The notes beneath the pieces are model-generated. The model saw only the letters and a program-made list of their open reading frames with translations. It was not told the origin of the DNA and searched no databases. A stretch of DNA of 64,000 nucleotides from an uncultured delta proteobacterium (GTDB lineage Bacteria > Myxococcota_A > UBA9160 > SMWR01): NCBI GenBank assembly GCA_963832165.1, contig CAWHTE010000003.1, positions 263,324 to 327,323 on the forward strand, in the 5' to 3' direction. Made by a program: the position numbers and the translations under genes. Shown here piece by piece: positions 1 to 12,278 of the stretch (its first letter is position 1; every line of letters starts with the position of its first letter).

Positions 1-919
1 TAGGCTTCTCGACGGCGCGGAACACGCCGATCGGCAGCGGGAAGTCGGGCCGCTGCAGGCTCGCGAGCGCGAAGGCGTAGGCAGGGCTCTCGTGCCGCTC
101 GTGGTGGATCGCGATGCCCTTGTTGATCGGGTCCTCGCCCGCGCCCAGGTGGACGATCGACGGGATGCCGTTCTCGATCCGGATCCCGCGACGCTGATCG
201 TCTGCGCCCCACACCAGCGGCTGGCCATCCTCGAGATCGAGCGCGGCCTCGATGCGCTGCTTGCGGTCCTCCACCTCGATCCACTCGTCGTCGTTGTAGA
301 CCGGGCAGTTCTGCAGGATCTCGATGAACGCGGTGCCTTTGTGATCGTGGGCGCGGCGCAGCATCTCCTGGAGGTGCGAGGCGTGCACGTCGATCGTGCG
401 CGCCACGAACGTGGCGCCCGCGCCGAGCGCGAACGCGATCGGATCGATCGGGTGGTCGATCGCGCCGTCAGGCGTCGACTTCGTCTTCATCCCGACCCGC
501 GAGGTCGGCGAGTACTGGCCCTTGGTGAGGCCGTAGACGCGGTTGTTGAACAGGAGGATCTGCAGGTCGACGTTGCGGCGGATCGTGTGGAGCAGATGGT
601 TGCCGCCGATCGAGAGGCCGTCGCCGTCCCCCGTCACCACCCACACCGAGAGCTCGGGCCGGCTGGCCTTGATCCCCGTGGCGAACGCGGGTGCGCGGCC
701 GTGGATCGTGTGCATGCCGTAGGTGTTCATGTAGTAGGGGAAGCGGCTCGAGCAGCCGATGCCCGACACGAACACGAAGTTCTCGCGCGGGATCCCGAGC
801 TCGGGCATCACGCGCTGCACGTTGGCGAGGACCGAGTAGTCGCCGCAGCCCGGGCACCAGCGGACGTCCTGATCGGTTTGGAAGTCCTTGGGGGTGAGGG
901 CCGGAGTCGCCTCTGCCAT
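1..919 (-). CDS. korB: 2-oxoacid (2-oxoglutarate):ferredoxin oxidoreductase beta subunit; 3' end runs off the window
   Basis: Not in the ORF track because there is no stop in the window. My reverse-strand translation from the ATG at 917-919 reads MAEATPALTPKDFQTDQDVRWCPGCGDYSVLANVQR...VVTGDGDGLSIGGNHLLH, which carries the CxxC and TPP-binding GDGD motifs of OFOR beta subunits. ATGA overlap with the korA stop. Confidence 0.85.
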   Translation of the reverse strand, partial: MAEATPALTPKDFQTDQDVRWCPGCGDYSVLANVQRVMPELGIPRENFVFVSGIGCSSRFPYYMNTYGMHTIHGRAPAFATGIKASRPELSVWVVTGDGDGLSIGGNHLLHTIRRNVDLQILLFNNRVYGLTKGQYSPTSRVGMKTKSTPDGAIDHPIDPIAFALGAGATFVARTIDVHASHLQEMLRRAHDHKGTAFIEILQNCPVYNDDEWIEVEDRKQRIEAALDLEDGQPLVWGADDQRRGIRIENGIPSIVHLGAGEDPINKGIAIHHERHESPAYAFALASLQRPDFPLPIGVFRAVEKP

Positions 920-2763
920 CAGTTTCGAGCCTCGCGAGTGCGCAGGAGCTCGTCGATACGGGCGCGGAGCTCCTGCACTTTGAAGGGTTGTCCCTGGATC
1001 TTCGAGAACGAGTGCGCGGGCACCAGGAACTCCGCGCGCAAAAGCATCGCGAGCTGTCCCGCGTTGAGCTCGGGCACGAGCACCTGATCGAACGAGCGCA
1101 GCACCTCGCCGAGATTGCTCGGGAACGGGTTCAGGTGGCGCAGATGGATCGCCGACACCGCGAGCCCGTCGGCGCGCGCCGACTCCACGGCCGACAGGAT
1201 CGCGCCGTGCGTGCCGCCCCAGCCGACCACGAGCAGATCGCCGCGGTCGTCGCCGGTCACCTCGACCGGCGGCAGCTCGGCGGCGATCCGCGCGATCTTC
1301 TCGTCGCGCAACGCGATCATGCGCGCGTTGTTGATCGGGTCGTACGAGACGTTGCCCGTGTTCTCCTGCTTCGAGAGCCCGCCGATCCGGTGCTCGAGCC
1401 CGGGCGTGCCCGGGATCGCCCACGGCCGCGCGAGCGTCTCGGCATCGCGGAGATAGGGCAGGAAGCCCTCCGGATCGGTGCGGTAGTGCACGGGTGAGCG
1501 GACGAGGCTGTCGAGATCGGGGATCAGCCAGGGCTCGGCGCTGTTGGCGAGATAGGAGTCGGAGAGCACGATGACCGGCGTCATGTAACGCACGGCGATC
1601 CGGAACGCCTCGATCATCGTGTAGAAGCAGTCGCCCGGCGTGCACGGCGCGAGCACGGGGACCGGGCTCTCGCTGTTGCGCCCGTGCAGCGCGAGCAGCA
1701 GATCGCCCTGCTCGATCTTCGTGGGCATGCCGGTCGACGGGCCGGACCTCTGGATGTCGACCACTACGAGCGGGAGCTCGGTCATCACGGCGAGGCCGAG
1801 CGCTTCCTGCTTGAGCACCATGCCCGGGCCGCTCGTCGTGGTGACGGCGAGGTGCCCCGCGAACGACGCGCCGATCGACGCGCTGATCGCCGCGATCTCG
1901 TCCTCGGCCTGGAACGTCTTCACGCCGAAGTTCCGGAAGCGCGCGACCTCGTGCAGTACGTCGCTCGCGGGCGTGATCGGATAGGCGCCCAGGAACACGG
2001 GCCGCTCCATCTGCACGCCCGCGGCCACGATCCCCCACGCGAGGGCGGTATTGCCCGTGATGTTGCGGTAGGTACCCGGTTGGATCTTCGCGCGCGGGAT
2101 GATGTACGAACGCTTGAACAGCTCGGTGGTCTCGCCGAACGCGTACCCGGCCTTGAGCACGCGGATGTTCGCCTCGAGCACCTCGCCGCGGAAACGCGAC
2201 TCGAGCCAGCGCAGCGTCGACTCGATCGGCCTGTTGTAGAGCCAGTACATGAGGCCCAGCGCGAAGAAGTTCTTCGAGCGGTCGCCCTCGCGCGAGCCGA
2301 TCGAGAGATCCTTGATCGCCTCGCGATTGAGCGCGGTGATCGGGATCTCGACCAGCTGGTAGCGATCGCGCAGCACGAGCAGCGGGTCTTCGTCCGACTC
2401 GTAGCCCGCGCGCAGCAGCGACTTCTTGTTGAACGCGTCGCTGTTGATGATCACCGTGCCACCGCGGCGCACGTCGTCGATGTTGGCGCGCAGCGCGGCG
2501 GGGTTGAACGCGACGAGCACGTCGGGCTGGTCGGCCGGGGTGCGCACGTCGGTCGCGGAGAAGTGGATCTGGAAGCCCGAGACGCCCGCGAGCGTTCCAG
2601 CCGGGGCACGGATCTCGGCGGGGAAGTCGGGCAGCGTGGAGAGGTCGTTGCCCGCGAGCGCGGTGGACTCGGTGAACTTGGTGCCGGTGAGCTGGATGCC
2701 GTCACCGGAGTCGCCGCAGAAACGAATTGCCACCCGTTCGATCTGCTCGGTGGGCTTCCCCAT
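919..2763 (-). CDS. korA: 2-oxoacid (2-oxoglutarate):ferredoxin oxidoreductase alpha subunit (614 aa)
   Basis: ORF 919..3048 minus. The conserved sequence starts at MGKPTEQIERVAIRFCGDSGDGIQLTG (residue 96 of the ORF, ATG at 2761-2763). It continues with GAYPITPASD and TTSGPGMVLKQEALG, typical of KorA/OFOR alpha. The upstream 95 codons are a Trp/Arg-rich extension and unlikely to be real. Confidence 0.9.
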   Translation of the reverse strand: MGKPTEQIERVAIRFCGDSGDGIQLTGTKFTESTALAGNDLSTLPDFPAEIRAPAGTLAGVSGFQIHFSATDVRTPADQPDVLVAFNPAALRANIDDVRRGGTVIINSDAFNKKSLLRAGYESDEDPLLVLRDRYQLVEIPITALNREAIKDLSIGSREGDRSKNFFALGLMYWLYNRPIESTLRWLESRFRGEVLEANIRVLKAGYAFGETTELFKRSYIIPRAKIQPGTYRNITGNTALAWGIVAAGVQMERPVFLGAYPITPASDVLHEVARFRNFGVKTFQAEDEIAAISASIGASFAGHLAVTTTSGPGMVLKQEALGLAVMTELPLVVVDIQRSGPSTGMPTKIEQGDLLLALHGRNSESPVPVLAPCTPGDCFYTMIEAFRIAVRYMTPVIVLSDSYLANSAEPWLIPDLDSLVRSPVHYRTDPEGFLPYLRDAETLARPWAIPGTPGLEHRIGGLSKQENTGNVSYDPINNARMIALRDEKIARIAAELPPVEVTGDDRGDLLVVGWGGTHGAILSAVESARADGLAVSAIHLRHLNPFPSNLGEVLRSFDQVLVPELNAGQLAMLLRAEFLVPAHSFSKIQGQPFKVQELRARIDELLRTREARN

Positions 2764-3046
2764 TGTTTCGCTCACCACCCCCTTTGGAATGCCCGTGTGG
2801 GCCGTGTCGAGTCGGGCGCCGCGAACGGATGGCATCGCGCGCCAGCGCCCGGGTGTACGCTCGGTGTCCCGGATTGCACTCGGGACGAATGGAGTGTATC
2901 GGGCGCAGAATCGGGCGAAACCCCACAGCCCGATCGGCCGCCGATTCGGGTCGCTCCCAAAAGGCCACTGGCGCCAGCAACTTCCCAGGGAAGCCTGCAT
3001 GCGGATGAGGCTCAAGTTACGGCGCTCCGGGCCCGATAGGCCCGGC

Positions 3047-3475
3047 ATGATTGCTCCCGCAGCGGGCCCGCACAGCGCGACGCTGGAGGGCCTTCACGCC
3101 CTGTACGTGTCGCTGAACAGCCCGGTCGTCAGCGTGGATCGGCTGCCGGTCGGCCCCGCGGCGGCCGCGATCGCGGTGCACGGCACGGGTACCACGCTCT
3201 TGATCCGCTCCACGCGCACCGGGACGGTGGTGTTCTTCGCGGCTTCGCCGCGCTTCGGGCTCGAGGCCGCGCTGTCGCACGCGGAAGGGCTCGGCTTCTT
3301 GTTCGACGACGAGGCGAATCTCGCGAGCGGCGAGCGCTCGGCCTGGCCGGCCTGGCTCGCGGAGATCTTCGCGGCGGAGCCCACCGCGGAACGGGAACTC
3401 GAAGATCGCTCGGCATGGCTCAGCAAATTCCGCTGGGCCGCCGGGAGGCCGACGCAGTCGGCCGGCCGCCCGTAG
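3047..3475 (+). CDS. hypothetical protein (142 aa)
   Basis: This is the 3' part of ORF 2426..3475 that does not overlap korA. It starts at ATG 3047 (MIAPAAGPHSATLEG...). Third codon positions are strongly G/C-biased when read by eye. No recognisable motif. Confidence 0.45.
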   Translation: MIAPAAGPHSATLEGLHALYVSLNSPVVSVDRLPVGPAAAAIAVHGTGTTLLIRSTRTGTVVFFAASPRFGLEAALSHAEGLGFLFDDEANLASGERSAWPAWLAEIFAAEPTAERELEDRSAWLSKFRWAAGRPTQSAGRP

Positions 3476-3494
3476 CGCGGCACAGGAGGGGACG

Positions 3495-4283
3495 ATGTGG
3501 AAATTCGGAGCGCGTTGGCTGTTGGTGTGGCTCGCTTCGGGCCTCGCGGCGTCGGGACTGGGCTGCGCGTCGCTTTCGGGCGGCGAGACGTCGGACCAGA
3601 ACGCACGCAAGGCGGCCTCGCACATCGAGGTCGGCAGCGACCACCTCGCGAACGGCCGCAGCGCGCTCGCGCTGCGCGAATATCTCGCGGCCGAGAAGCT
3701 CGACCCGAAGAACGCTCGCGTGCACTACGCGCTAGCCGACGGCTATCTCGCGCGCGGCAAGACCGCCGATGCGGATCGGCACGCGCGCCGCGCGGTCGAG
3801 CTGTTCCCGGACTACCACGACGCGCGGCTCTTCCTGTCGGCGCTGCTCTTGATCCAGAAGCGCTACGACGAGACGATCACCGAGTGCGATCGCCTAATCG
3901 ACGATCCGACCTACGAGTCGCCCTGGCGCGCGCTCACGAACCGCGCGTGGGCGGAGTACAAGCTCGGCCGCGCGCCGCAGGCGCGCGAGTCGCTCTCGCT
4001 CGCGCGCGAGTACCGGCAGGACTATTGGCCCGCGATGCTCGCGCTCGCGATCGTCGAGGGCGAGACCGGCCGCCGGGCCGAGGCGATCCGTCTGTACCAG
4101 GACATCATCAAGCAGAGTCCCGGCCCCGCGGTGGAGTCCGAGGTGAACTACCGGATCGCCGAGGTCTACGTGGCGATGGGCAAGCGCCGCGAGGCGATGG
4201 GTCACCTGACCACGTCGGTGGCGCGTGCCCCCGAGAGCCAGTGGGCGAAGAAGTCGCAGGCGTACTTGAAGCGCCTGCACTAG
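3495..4283 (+). CDS. TPR-repeat lipoprotein, PilW/PilF(Tgl)-like
   Basis: Signal peptide with lipobox LGC (WLASGLAASGLGCAS), followed by several TPR-like repeats. It lies directly upstream of a RodZ-like gene, the same order as pilW-rodZ in gammaproteobacteria. The function is inferred. Confidence 0.6.
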   Translation: MWKFGARWLLVWLASGLAASGLGCASLSGGETSDQNARKAASHIEVGSDHLANGRSALALREYLAAEKLDPKNARVHYALADGYLARGKTADADRHARRAVELFPDYHDARLFLSALLLIQKRYDETITECDRLIDDPTYESPWRALTNRAWAEYKLGRAPQARESLSLAREYRQDYWPAMLALAIVEGETGRRAEAIRLYQDIIKQSPGPAVESEVNYRIAEVYVAMGKRREAMGHLTTSVARAPESQWAKKSQAYLKRLH

Positions 4284-4295
4284 CTCCACGCTCGG

Positions 4296-4871
4296 GTGTA
4301 CCCTCGCGGCGTGGCGGATCGATCCGAGCGCGGTGAGGAGGGCGGCGCCCAGGCGCCCGCCGCACCCGATCGGAGCTCGATCGGCCGCTACCTCGCCTCG
4401 CAGCGCAAGCTGCGCGGCATCTCGCTCGACGAACTCGCGGCTCGCACCAAGATCCCGCGCCGAAATCTCGAGCGCCTCGAGTCGGGCGCCTACGACACCC
4501 AGTCGGACGGATTCGTGCGCGGGTTCGTGCGCACGGTCGCGGAGGCACTCGGGCTCGATTCGCACGAGGCCTTGATGCGGATGGCGGGCGAGCCCGCGGG
4601 CGAGGACGAAGAGCAGATCTTGCGACGCCGCGTGCGCGTGGCGGTGCTCGGCGTCGTGGTGGGCGGAATTCTGCTGCTGCTGTTCGGGTTCGGCCTGCGG
4701 CTCGCCACGCGCTGGATCGTGGAGCCCACGGGCGGGCCGCCCGATCACGTGTTCCGGCGCGACGCGGTGCGCTCGCTCGCCGAGCAGAACGCGCGGGCGC
4801 CCGTGGATCGCGCGCGCCGCGGCGATGATTCGGGCGGCTCCGAGCGCGCCGATGATTCCGCGGATCGCTGA
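4296..4871 (+). CDS. RodZ-like HTH (XRE-type) membrane protein
   Basis: HTH segment IGRYLASQRKLRGISLDELAARTKIPRRNLERLESG, then one TM helix VAVLGVVVGGILLLLFGFGL. This is the RodZ architecture. The start codon is uncertain. Confidence 0.6.
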   Translation: MYPRGVADRSERGEEGGAQAPAAPDRSSIGRYLASQRKLRGISLDELAARTKIPRRNLERLESGAYDTQSDGFVRGFVRTVAEALGLDSHEALMRMAGEPAGEDEEQILRRRVRVAVLGVVVGGILLLLFGFGLRLATRWIVEPTGGPPDHVFRRDAVRSLAEQNARAPVDRARRGDDSGGSERADDSADR

Positions 4872-4873
4872 CC

Positions 4874-5659
4874 TTGCCCGTCCCCGCTGCCGAGAACACC
4901 CACGCGGTGATCCTGCGCTCGGTCGACGTCGCCGAGTCGGACCGCATCCTGCACCTGCTCGTGCCCGAACACGGCCGCATCACCGTGGTGGCCAAGGGCG
5001 CGCGCCGCAGCACGAAGCGCTTCTCGGGCACGCTCGACCTGTTCAATCACCTGCGCGTGTCGCTGCACCGGCGCCGGGGCAGCGCGATCCACCGGCTCGA
5101 TCAGGCGACGCTGGTGCGGCACTACGCGCCGCTGCGCAGCGACGCCGCGCGCTTCGCGCTCGCGTGCTACCTGCTCGAGCTGCTCGATCGGCTCGCTCCC
5201 GAGGGCGGACCGCGACGCGACATGCAGCGCTTGTTTCGCTTTGCGCTCGACTCGTTCGAGGCCGTCTCGACGCACCGCCCCGACGCCGCGTTGCGCACGA
5301 TCCTGGAGCTGCGCGCGCTCGACGCGCTCGGGATGCGCCCCGAGCTGCGGCGCTGCATCGGCTGCGGCCGCGAGCTCGCGGGGGAGCAAAAGGTGGGCTT
5401 CCACGTCGCCGACGGCGGACCCGTGTGCGGCGCGTGCGCGGGGCGGCGCACCGGCGTCGTTCCTGTGCACCTCGGAACGCTGCGCGCGCTCGATCGCGCG
5501 CTCGAGCTCGACGTGAATCACCTCGATCGCCTGATCCTGCCCGCGCGCGCGATCGAGGAGGCGCGTCAGGTGGTGGGCCGCTTCCAGCGCTTCCACGTCG
5601 GCGTCGAGCTGCGCAGCCAGCGATTCCTGGATCGCATGGGCGTCGGAGGCCCCGTATAA
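4874..5659 (+). CDS. recO: DNA repair protein RecO
   Basis: 261 aa. N-terminal OB-fold-like segment AVILRSVDVAESDRILHLL..GRITVVAKGARRS.KRF and the zinc motif CIGCG...GPVCGAC. Confidence 0.85.
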   Translation: MPVPAAENTHAVILRSVDVAESDRILHLLVPEHGRITVVAKGARRSTKRFSGTLDLFNHLRVSLHRRRGSAIHRLDQATLVRHYAPLRSDAARFALACYLLELLDRLAPEGGPRRDMQRLFRFALDSFEAVSTHRPDAALRTILELRALDALGMRPELRRCIGCGRELAGEQKVGFHVADGGPVCGACAGRRTGVVPVHLGTLRALDRALELDVNHLDRLILPARAIEEARQVVGRFQRFHVGVELRSQRFLDRMGVGGPV

Positions 5660-5684
5660 TGCGCACCCGCACGCACGAGGAGTC

Positions 5685-7027
5685 ATGTCGAGCGAAGAGC
5701 CCGCGAAGCGCCGCCGCCTCGAGCGGATGGACGACCTCGTCTCGCTGTGCGCGCGCCGCGGGTTCATCTTCCCGTCCAGCGAGATCTATGGCGGGATCAA
5801 CGGCTTCTGGGACTACGGTCCGCTCGGTACCGAGCTCAAGCAGAACCTGAAGGCGCTCTGGTGGCAGCGCGTCGTGCGCGAGCGGCCCGACGTCGAGGGC
5901 ATCGACAGCGCGATCATCGCGCACCCGCGCACCTGGGAGGCATCGGGCCACGTCGAGCACTTCAGCGACCCGATGGTGGACTGCCGCGCCTGCAAGAAGC
6001 GCTTCCGCGCCGATCAGCTCGACGACGCGCCCCCGTGCAGCGCGCGCCAGGGCACCTCGCAGCACGACTTCACCGAGCCGCGCAACTTCAACCTGATGCT
6101 GTCGACCCAGATCGGAGCGTCGGAGGAGGGCGCTCAGATCGCCTATCTGCGCGCCGAGACCTGTCAGCCGATCTTCAACGACTTCAAGCGCGTGCGCGAG
6201 GCGGGGCGCCAGAAGATCCCGTTCGGCATCGCGCAGATCGGCAAGGCGTTCCGCAACGAGATCAATCCGCGCAACTTCACCTTCCGCTCGCGCGAGTTCG
6301 AGCAGGCCGAGCTCGAGTTCTTCGTGCACCCGAGCGAGCGCGAGAAGTGGTTCGAGCACTGGCAGGCCGAGCGCCTCGCGTTCCACCGCGAGCTCGGCTT
6401 CGCCGACGAGCGCCTGCGCACGCGCGCGCACGCGCCCGACGAGCTCGCCCACTACGCGCGTGCCGCGGTCGACGTCGAGTATCTGTTCCCGTTCGGGTGG
6501 CAGGAGATCGAGGGCATCCACGACCGCGGCGATTGGGACCTGTCGCGCCACAGCCAGTACTCGGGCAAGGACCTCGGCATCACGGATCCCGACACCAAGG
6601 AGCATTACATGCCGATGGTGATCGAGACGTCGGTGGGCGTGGACCGCACCTGCCTCGCGCTGCTGTGCGACGCCTATGCCGAGGAGGAGCTCGGGCCCGA
6701 CGACACGCGCGTGGTGATGCGCTTCCCCGCCGCGCTGGCGCCGGTCTCGGTGGCGGTGCTGCCGCTCTCGAAGAAGCTCGCGGAGCCCGCGCTCGCGCTC
6801 GAGCGCGAGCTGCGGCGGCGCTTCAACGTCTTCTACGACGACGCGGGCAACATCGGCCGGCGCTACCGCCGCCAGGATGAGGCGGGAACGCCTTTCTGTG
6901 TCACGATCGATTTCGAGACCGGCGGGGACGGGCAGGTGACGGTGCGCGAGCGCGATTCGATGAGCCAGGAGCGGATCGGCATCGCGAGCGTGGGCTCCTA
7001 CGTGGCCGAGCGGCTGGGCCGCCCGGC

Positions 7028-7031
<4 letters not shown>
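5685..7031 (+). CDS. glyQS: glycine--tRNA ligase (homodimeric class II type)
   Basis: 448 aa. Contains [31 protein letters not shown] and [25 protein letters not shown], characteristic of GlyQS. Confidence 0.95.
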
Positions 7032-9781
<2,750 letters not shown>

Positions 9782-9785
<4 letters not shown>

Positions 9786-10246
9786 GGCGCATCGCGGCCG
9801 CGCTGCTCGTCGCGCTCGCCACGGCGTGCGCGGGAGATCCGCCGCCGCTGGCCACCCCGAGCGCGGTGGCCGTCTCACCCGAGCTCGCGTTCGGGCTGCG
9901 CCGCCGCGCGGAAGGCTTCTATCTCCGGCTCGCCCACCGCCGGTTCGACACGCTCGAGACCTACAACGATTTCATCATGCGCGACCACTTTGCGTCGCTC
10001 GATCTGTTCTTCGACTACTACGCCGACCTCGCGGAAGATCTCGCGGACGCAGACTTCGAACGCAGCCGCCCGACCGACGTCGACGTGCTCGAATTCGCGT
10101 TCGAGGATCCGAAGACGGCGCACGTGCTCGTGCGCTTCCACGGCAACGACGGCCGCCCGCTGCGCCCCGGCAGCGTGGAGCTCGTGCGCACCGATCGCTG
10201 GGAGTGGTCGGAGGGCACCTGGTGGGTCCGCCCCGGCAAGCTTTGA
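9782..10246 (+). CDS. hypothetical lipoprotein (154 aa)
   Basis: Tail of the frame of ORF 7028..10246. The GTG overlaps the ppdK stop (GTGA). Signal peptide + lipobox [16 protein letters not shown]. Good G/C third-position bias. Confidence 0.55.
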
Positions 10247-10429
10247 TCGGGACCCCAAGGTGCGAAGCGGGTTGCGGTCCCCCGGGTAACGGCCGTTCAC
10301 ACAAGTGGAAACGATTCTCCTCGGACTCCGAGCCTAACGTCAGGCGGGGCCGGGAGATCTCGATGGTTTCACGAGCTTGGGCTGGCGCTTAGCAGGCCCT
10401 TTGCACATGGGCCCGAACCCGGCCAAACC

Positions 10430-10445
10430 TGGCACGACCGATGCA
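10430..10445 (+). promoter_or_regulatory. candidate sigma54 (-24/-12) promoter
   Basis: TGGCACgaccgaTGCA has GG-N10-GC spacing. It lies about 230 nt upstream of the first ECF sigma gene, inside a 430-nt non-coding stretch. The -12 element is imperfect (ATGCA versus TTGCA). Confidence 0.3.
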
Positions 10446-10675
10446 GTTACCCAGGCCGGACCTCACGGTCCAACTCTTGAAAAGTCCACTGTCTTCGCGC
10501 AAGTGCCCTAGGAGGATCCGAAGAGCCCCCACCCAGATCGGGAAGCCTTACCGATTCCGATCCCAAAACGGTGCAACCCTCGCTCTCCCTCGAGTGGGGT
10601 TGGCAAACGAAAGACCGCAGGCTCTTTCCCCCCCGAAGGCCCGCTGCCGAAGACGCACGGAGAAGCGTCTTGTCG

Positions 10676-11254
10676 ATGTCGCACGAACACCCTTGGTCCA
10701 GTGACTCCGAGCTCGTTGCCCAGATCCTCGCCGGCAACAGAGATGCGTTCGAGTTGCTCTATGAAGCCTACTTCCCGCGCGTCTATCGCTTTGCGATGAA
10801 GCGCCTGCGCGACACCGCCGAGGCCGAGGACGTCGCCCAGGAAGTGTTCTTCACCGTGTTCAACGTGCTCGACAGCTACGAGGGGCAGGCGCCCCTGATC
10901 GTCTGGGTGTTCGGAATCACCCGCAATACGGTGAACCGACGCTTCCGGCGCAAGCGCCTCCCGATCGAGTCGCTCGACGCGCCCGAGGCCGCCGAGGTGG
11001 CGGGCGCGACCCCGTCGCAGGACCGCACGCTGGACGCGCGCCGGATGTTGCGATTGTGCGAAGCGGCGATCGAGCGCGATCTCACTCCGCTGCAGCGCCG
11101 GATCTTCCACCTGAAGCACCTGCGCCGTCAGTCGATCCGCACGATCGCGAAGGCGCTCGGCAAATCCGAAGACGCGATCAAGGCGAACCTGTATCGGATG
11201 CGCACGGCGCTCGCGCAGAGCGCGCCCGGCCTCGAGTCGCTGATCGCGCAGTAG
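10676..11254 (+). CDS. ECF-type RNA polymerase sigma-70 family factor (192 aa)
   Basis: Part of ORF 10571..11254, taken from the internal ATG (MSHEHPW). Region 2: FELLYEAYFPRVYRFAMKRLRDTAEAEDVAQEVF. Region 4: LTPLQRRIFHLKHLRRQSIRTIAKALGKSEDAIKANLYRMR. Confidence 0.85.
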   Translation: MSHEHPWSSDSELVAQILAGNRDAFELLYEAYFPRVYRFAMKRLRDTAEAEDVAQEVFFTVFNVLDSYEGQAPLIVWVFGITRNTVNRRFRRKRLPIESLDAPEAAEVAGATPSQDRTLDARRMLRLCEAAIERDLTPLQRRIFHLKHLRRQSIRTIAKALGKSEDAIKANLYRMRTALAQSAPGLESLIAQ

Positions 11255-11394
11255 GCATTCGCCTGCGGCGAATTACCTACGTTCGAGCTGTTTTTTTGCC
11301 ACCTATCTGGAATCGGGGCCACCTCCCAGAAGAAGGGCGCGTTTCCCTGGCGCGCCCCGGCTTGGACTGGGAAGGGACGACGCGAGGAGTCCGC

Positions 11395-11994
11395 GTGCGC
11401 CCCGCACCCGCTCGTACTGCACCTGCCGCCCGATCCGATGCCGAACTGGTCGATGCCATTCGCGCCGGGGAGCAATCGGCCTTCACCGCGCTCTACGAGC
11501 GCTATTTCGATCGCGTCTACCACTTCGCCTACGCGCGCCTGCGGAATCCCGCCGACGCGGAAGAGGTGGCGCAGGAGACCTTCGTCGCGGTGTTTCGATC
11601 GATCGACGCCTTCGTGGGCCGGTCGGCGCTGTTGTCGTGGATCTACGGCATCGCGAAGAACACCGTCAACAACCACCTGCGGCGCTGTCGGGCCCAGGAG
11701 CTGCGAATCGAGCGGGCCGAGGCGGAGCTCGTGCGCAATGCGCACAGCTTCGAAGCCTGCTCTCCGGAAGAGCACGTGAACTATCGGCGCTGCGCCGACG
11801 CAGCGCTGAAGAGCCTCGAGCAGGTTTCGGGGTGGCAGGCCGAGGTGTTCGCGCTGCGCCACTTCGAGAACCTTCCGATCCAGGACATCGCGGACCGGAT
11901 GTCGCGTTCGAACGACGCGATCCGCTCCAGCCTCTTCCGCGTCAAGCGGCTGATCGTCGAGGCGGTCGGCTCCGAGTACGCATGTCCTGACTGA
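11395..11994 (+). CDS. ECF-type RNA polymerase sigma-70 family factor (199 aa), tandem to the previous one
   Basis: In ORF 11056..11994. GTG 11395 is preceded by GAGGAG. Region 2: FTALYERYFDRVYHFAYARLRNPADAEEVAQETF. Region 4: QAEVFALRHFENLPIQDIADRMSRSNDAIRSSLFRVKR. Confidence 0.85.
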   Translation: MRPAPARTAPAARSDAELVDAIRAGEQSAFTALYERYFDRVYHFAYARLRNPADAEEVAQETFVAVFRSIDAFVGRSALLSWIYGIAKNTVNNHLRRCRAQELRIERAEAELVRNAHSFEACSPEEHVNYRRCADAALKSLEQVSGWQAEVFALRHFENLPIQDIADRMSRSNDAIRSSLFRVKRLIVEAVGSEYACPD

Positions 11995-12089
11995 GGGATT
12001 GCCGAGGGGTGATCGGTTTGGGGGGCGGTTTGCAAGTGAGGCGGCGGCGGAGAACACGCCGGGTCGAACGAGACGCAGGGATCAGGCAG

Positions 12090-12278
12090 ATGCAGGAAAA
12101 GCTGAAGATGGGGGACGACGGCGTCCTGAGCGATTTCTCGATCGACGAGCTGCGCGAGTTTCTCGAAGCGGATCTCGTCGACGTGAAGGTCGACCCCGAG
12201 TTCAAGGAGCGCCTGCGCAAGGAGCTCTGGGATCTCGTGCAGGAGCGCGCTCGAGGCCAGCGCGGCGGAGCGAACTAG
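12090..12278 (+). CDS. small acidic hypothetical protein (62 aa)
   Basis: Internal ATG of ORF 12009..12278 (MQEKLKMGDDGVLSDFSIDELREFLEADLVDVKVDPEFKERLRKELWDLV). Coding-like codon bias. No TM helix and no zinc anti-sigma motif. Confidence 0.4.
   Translation: MQEKLKMGDDGVLSDFSIDELREFLEADLVDVKVDPEFKERLRKELWDLVQERARGQRGGAN

Noticed and set aside
92-1087. 331-aa + strand ORF
   Set aside because: It is antisense to the clearly homologous korB/korA genes. Its Arg/Asp/Val-rich composition is typical of the mirror frame in a high-GC genome, and it has no motifs.
10400-10500. RNase P RNA / SRP RNA-like strings (GAACCCGGC, GAAAAGTCC, CCAGGCCGGACC)
   Set aside because: The motifs are in the wrong order and spacing for RNase P RNA, the region is too short, and the SRP domain IV consensus is not matched. 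Treated as chance similarity.
11255-11394. ECF-type autoregulatory promoter (GGAAC...CGTC) between the two sigma genes, and the hairpin ATTCGCC-tgc-GGCGAAT with a T7 run
   Set aside because: GGAAT at about 11308 has no properly spaced -10 CGT element. The T-run is about 20 nt from the hairpin, so it is not a convincing intrinsic terminator.
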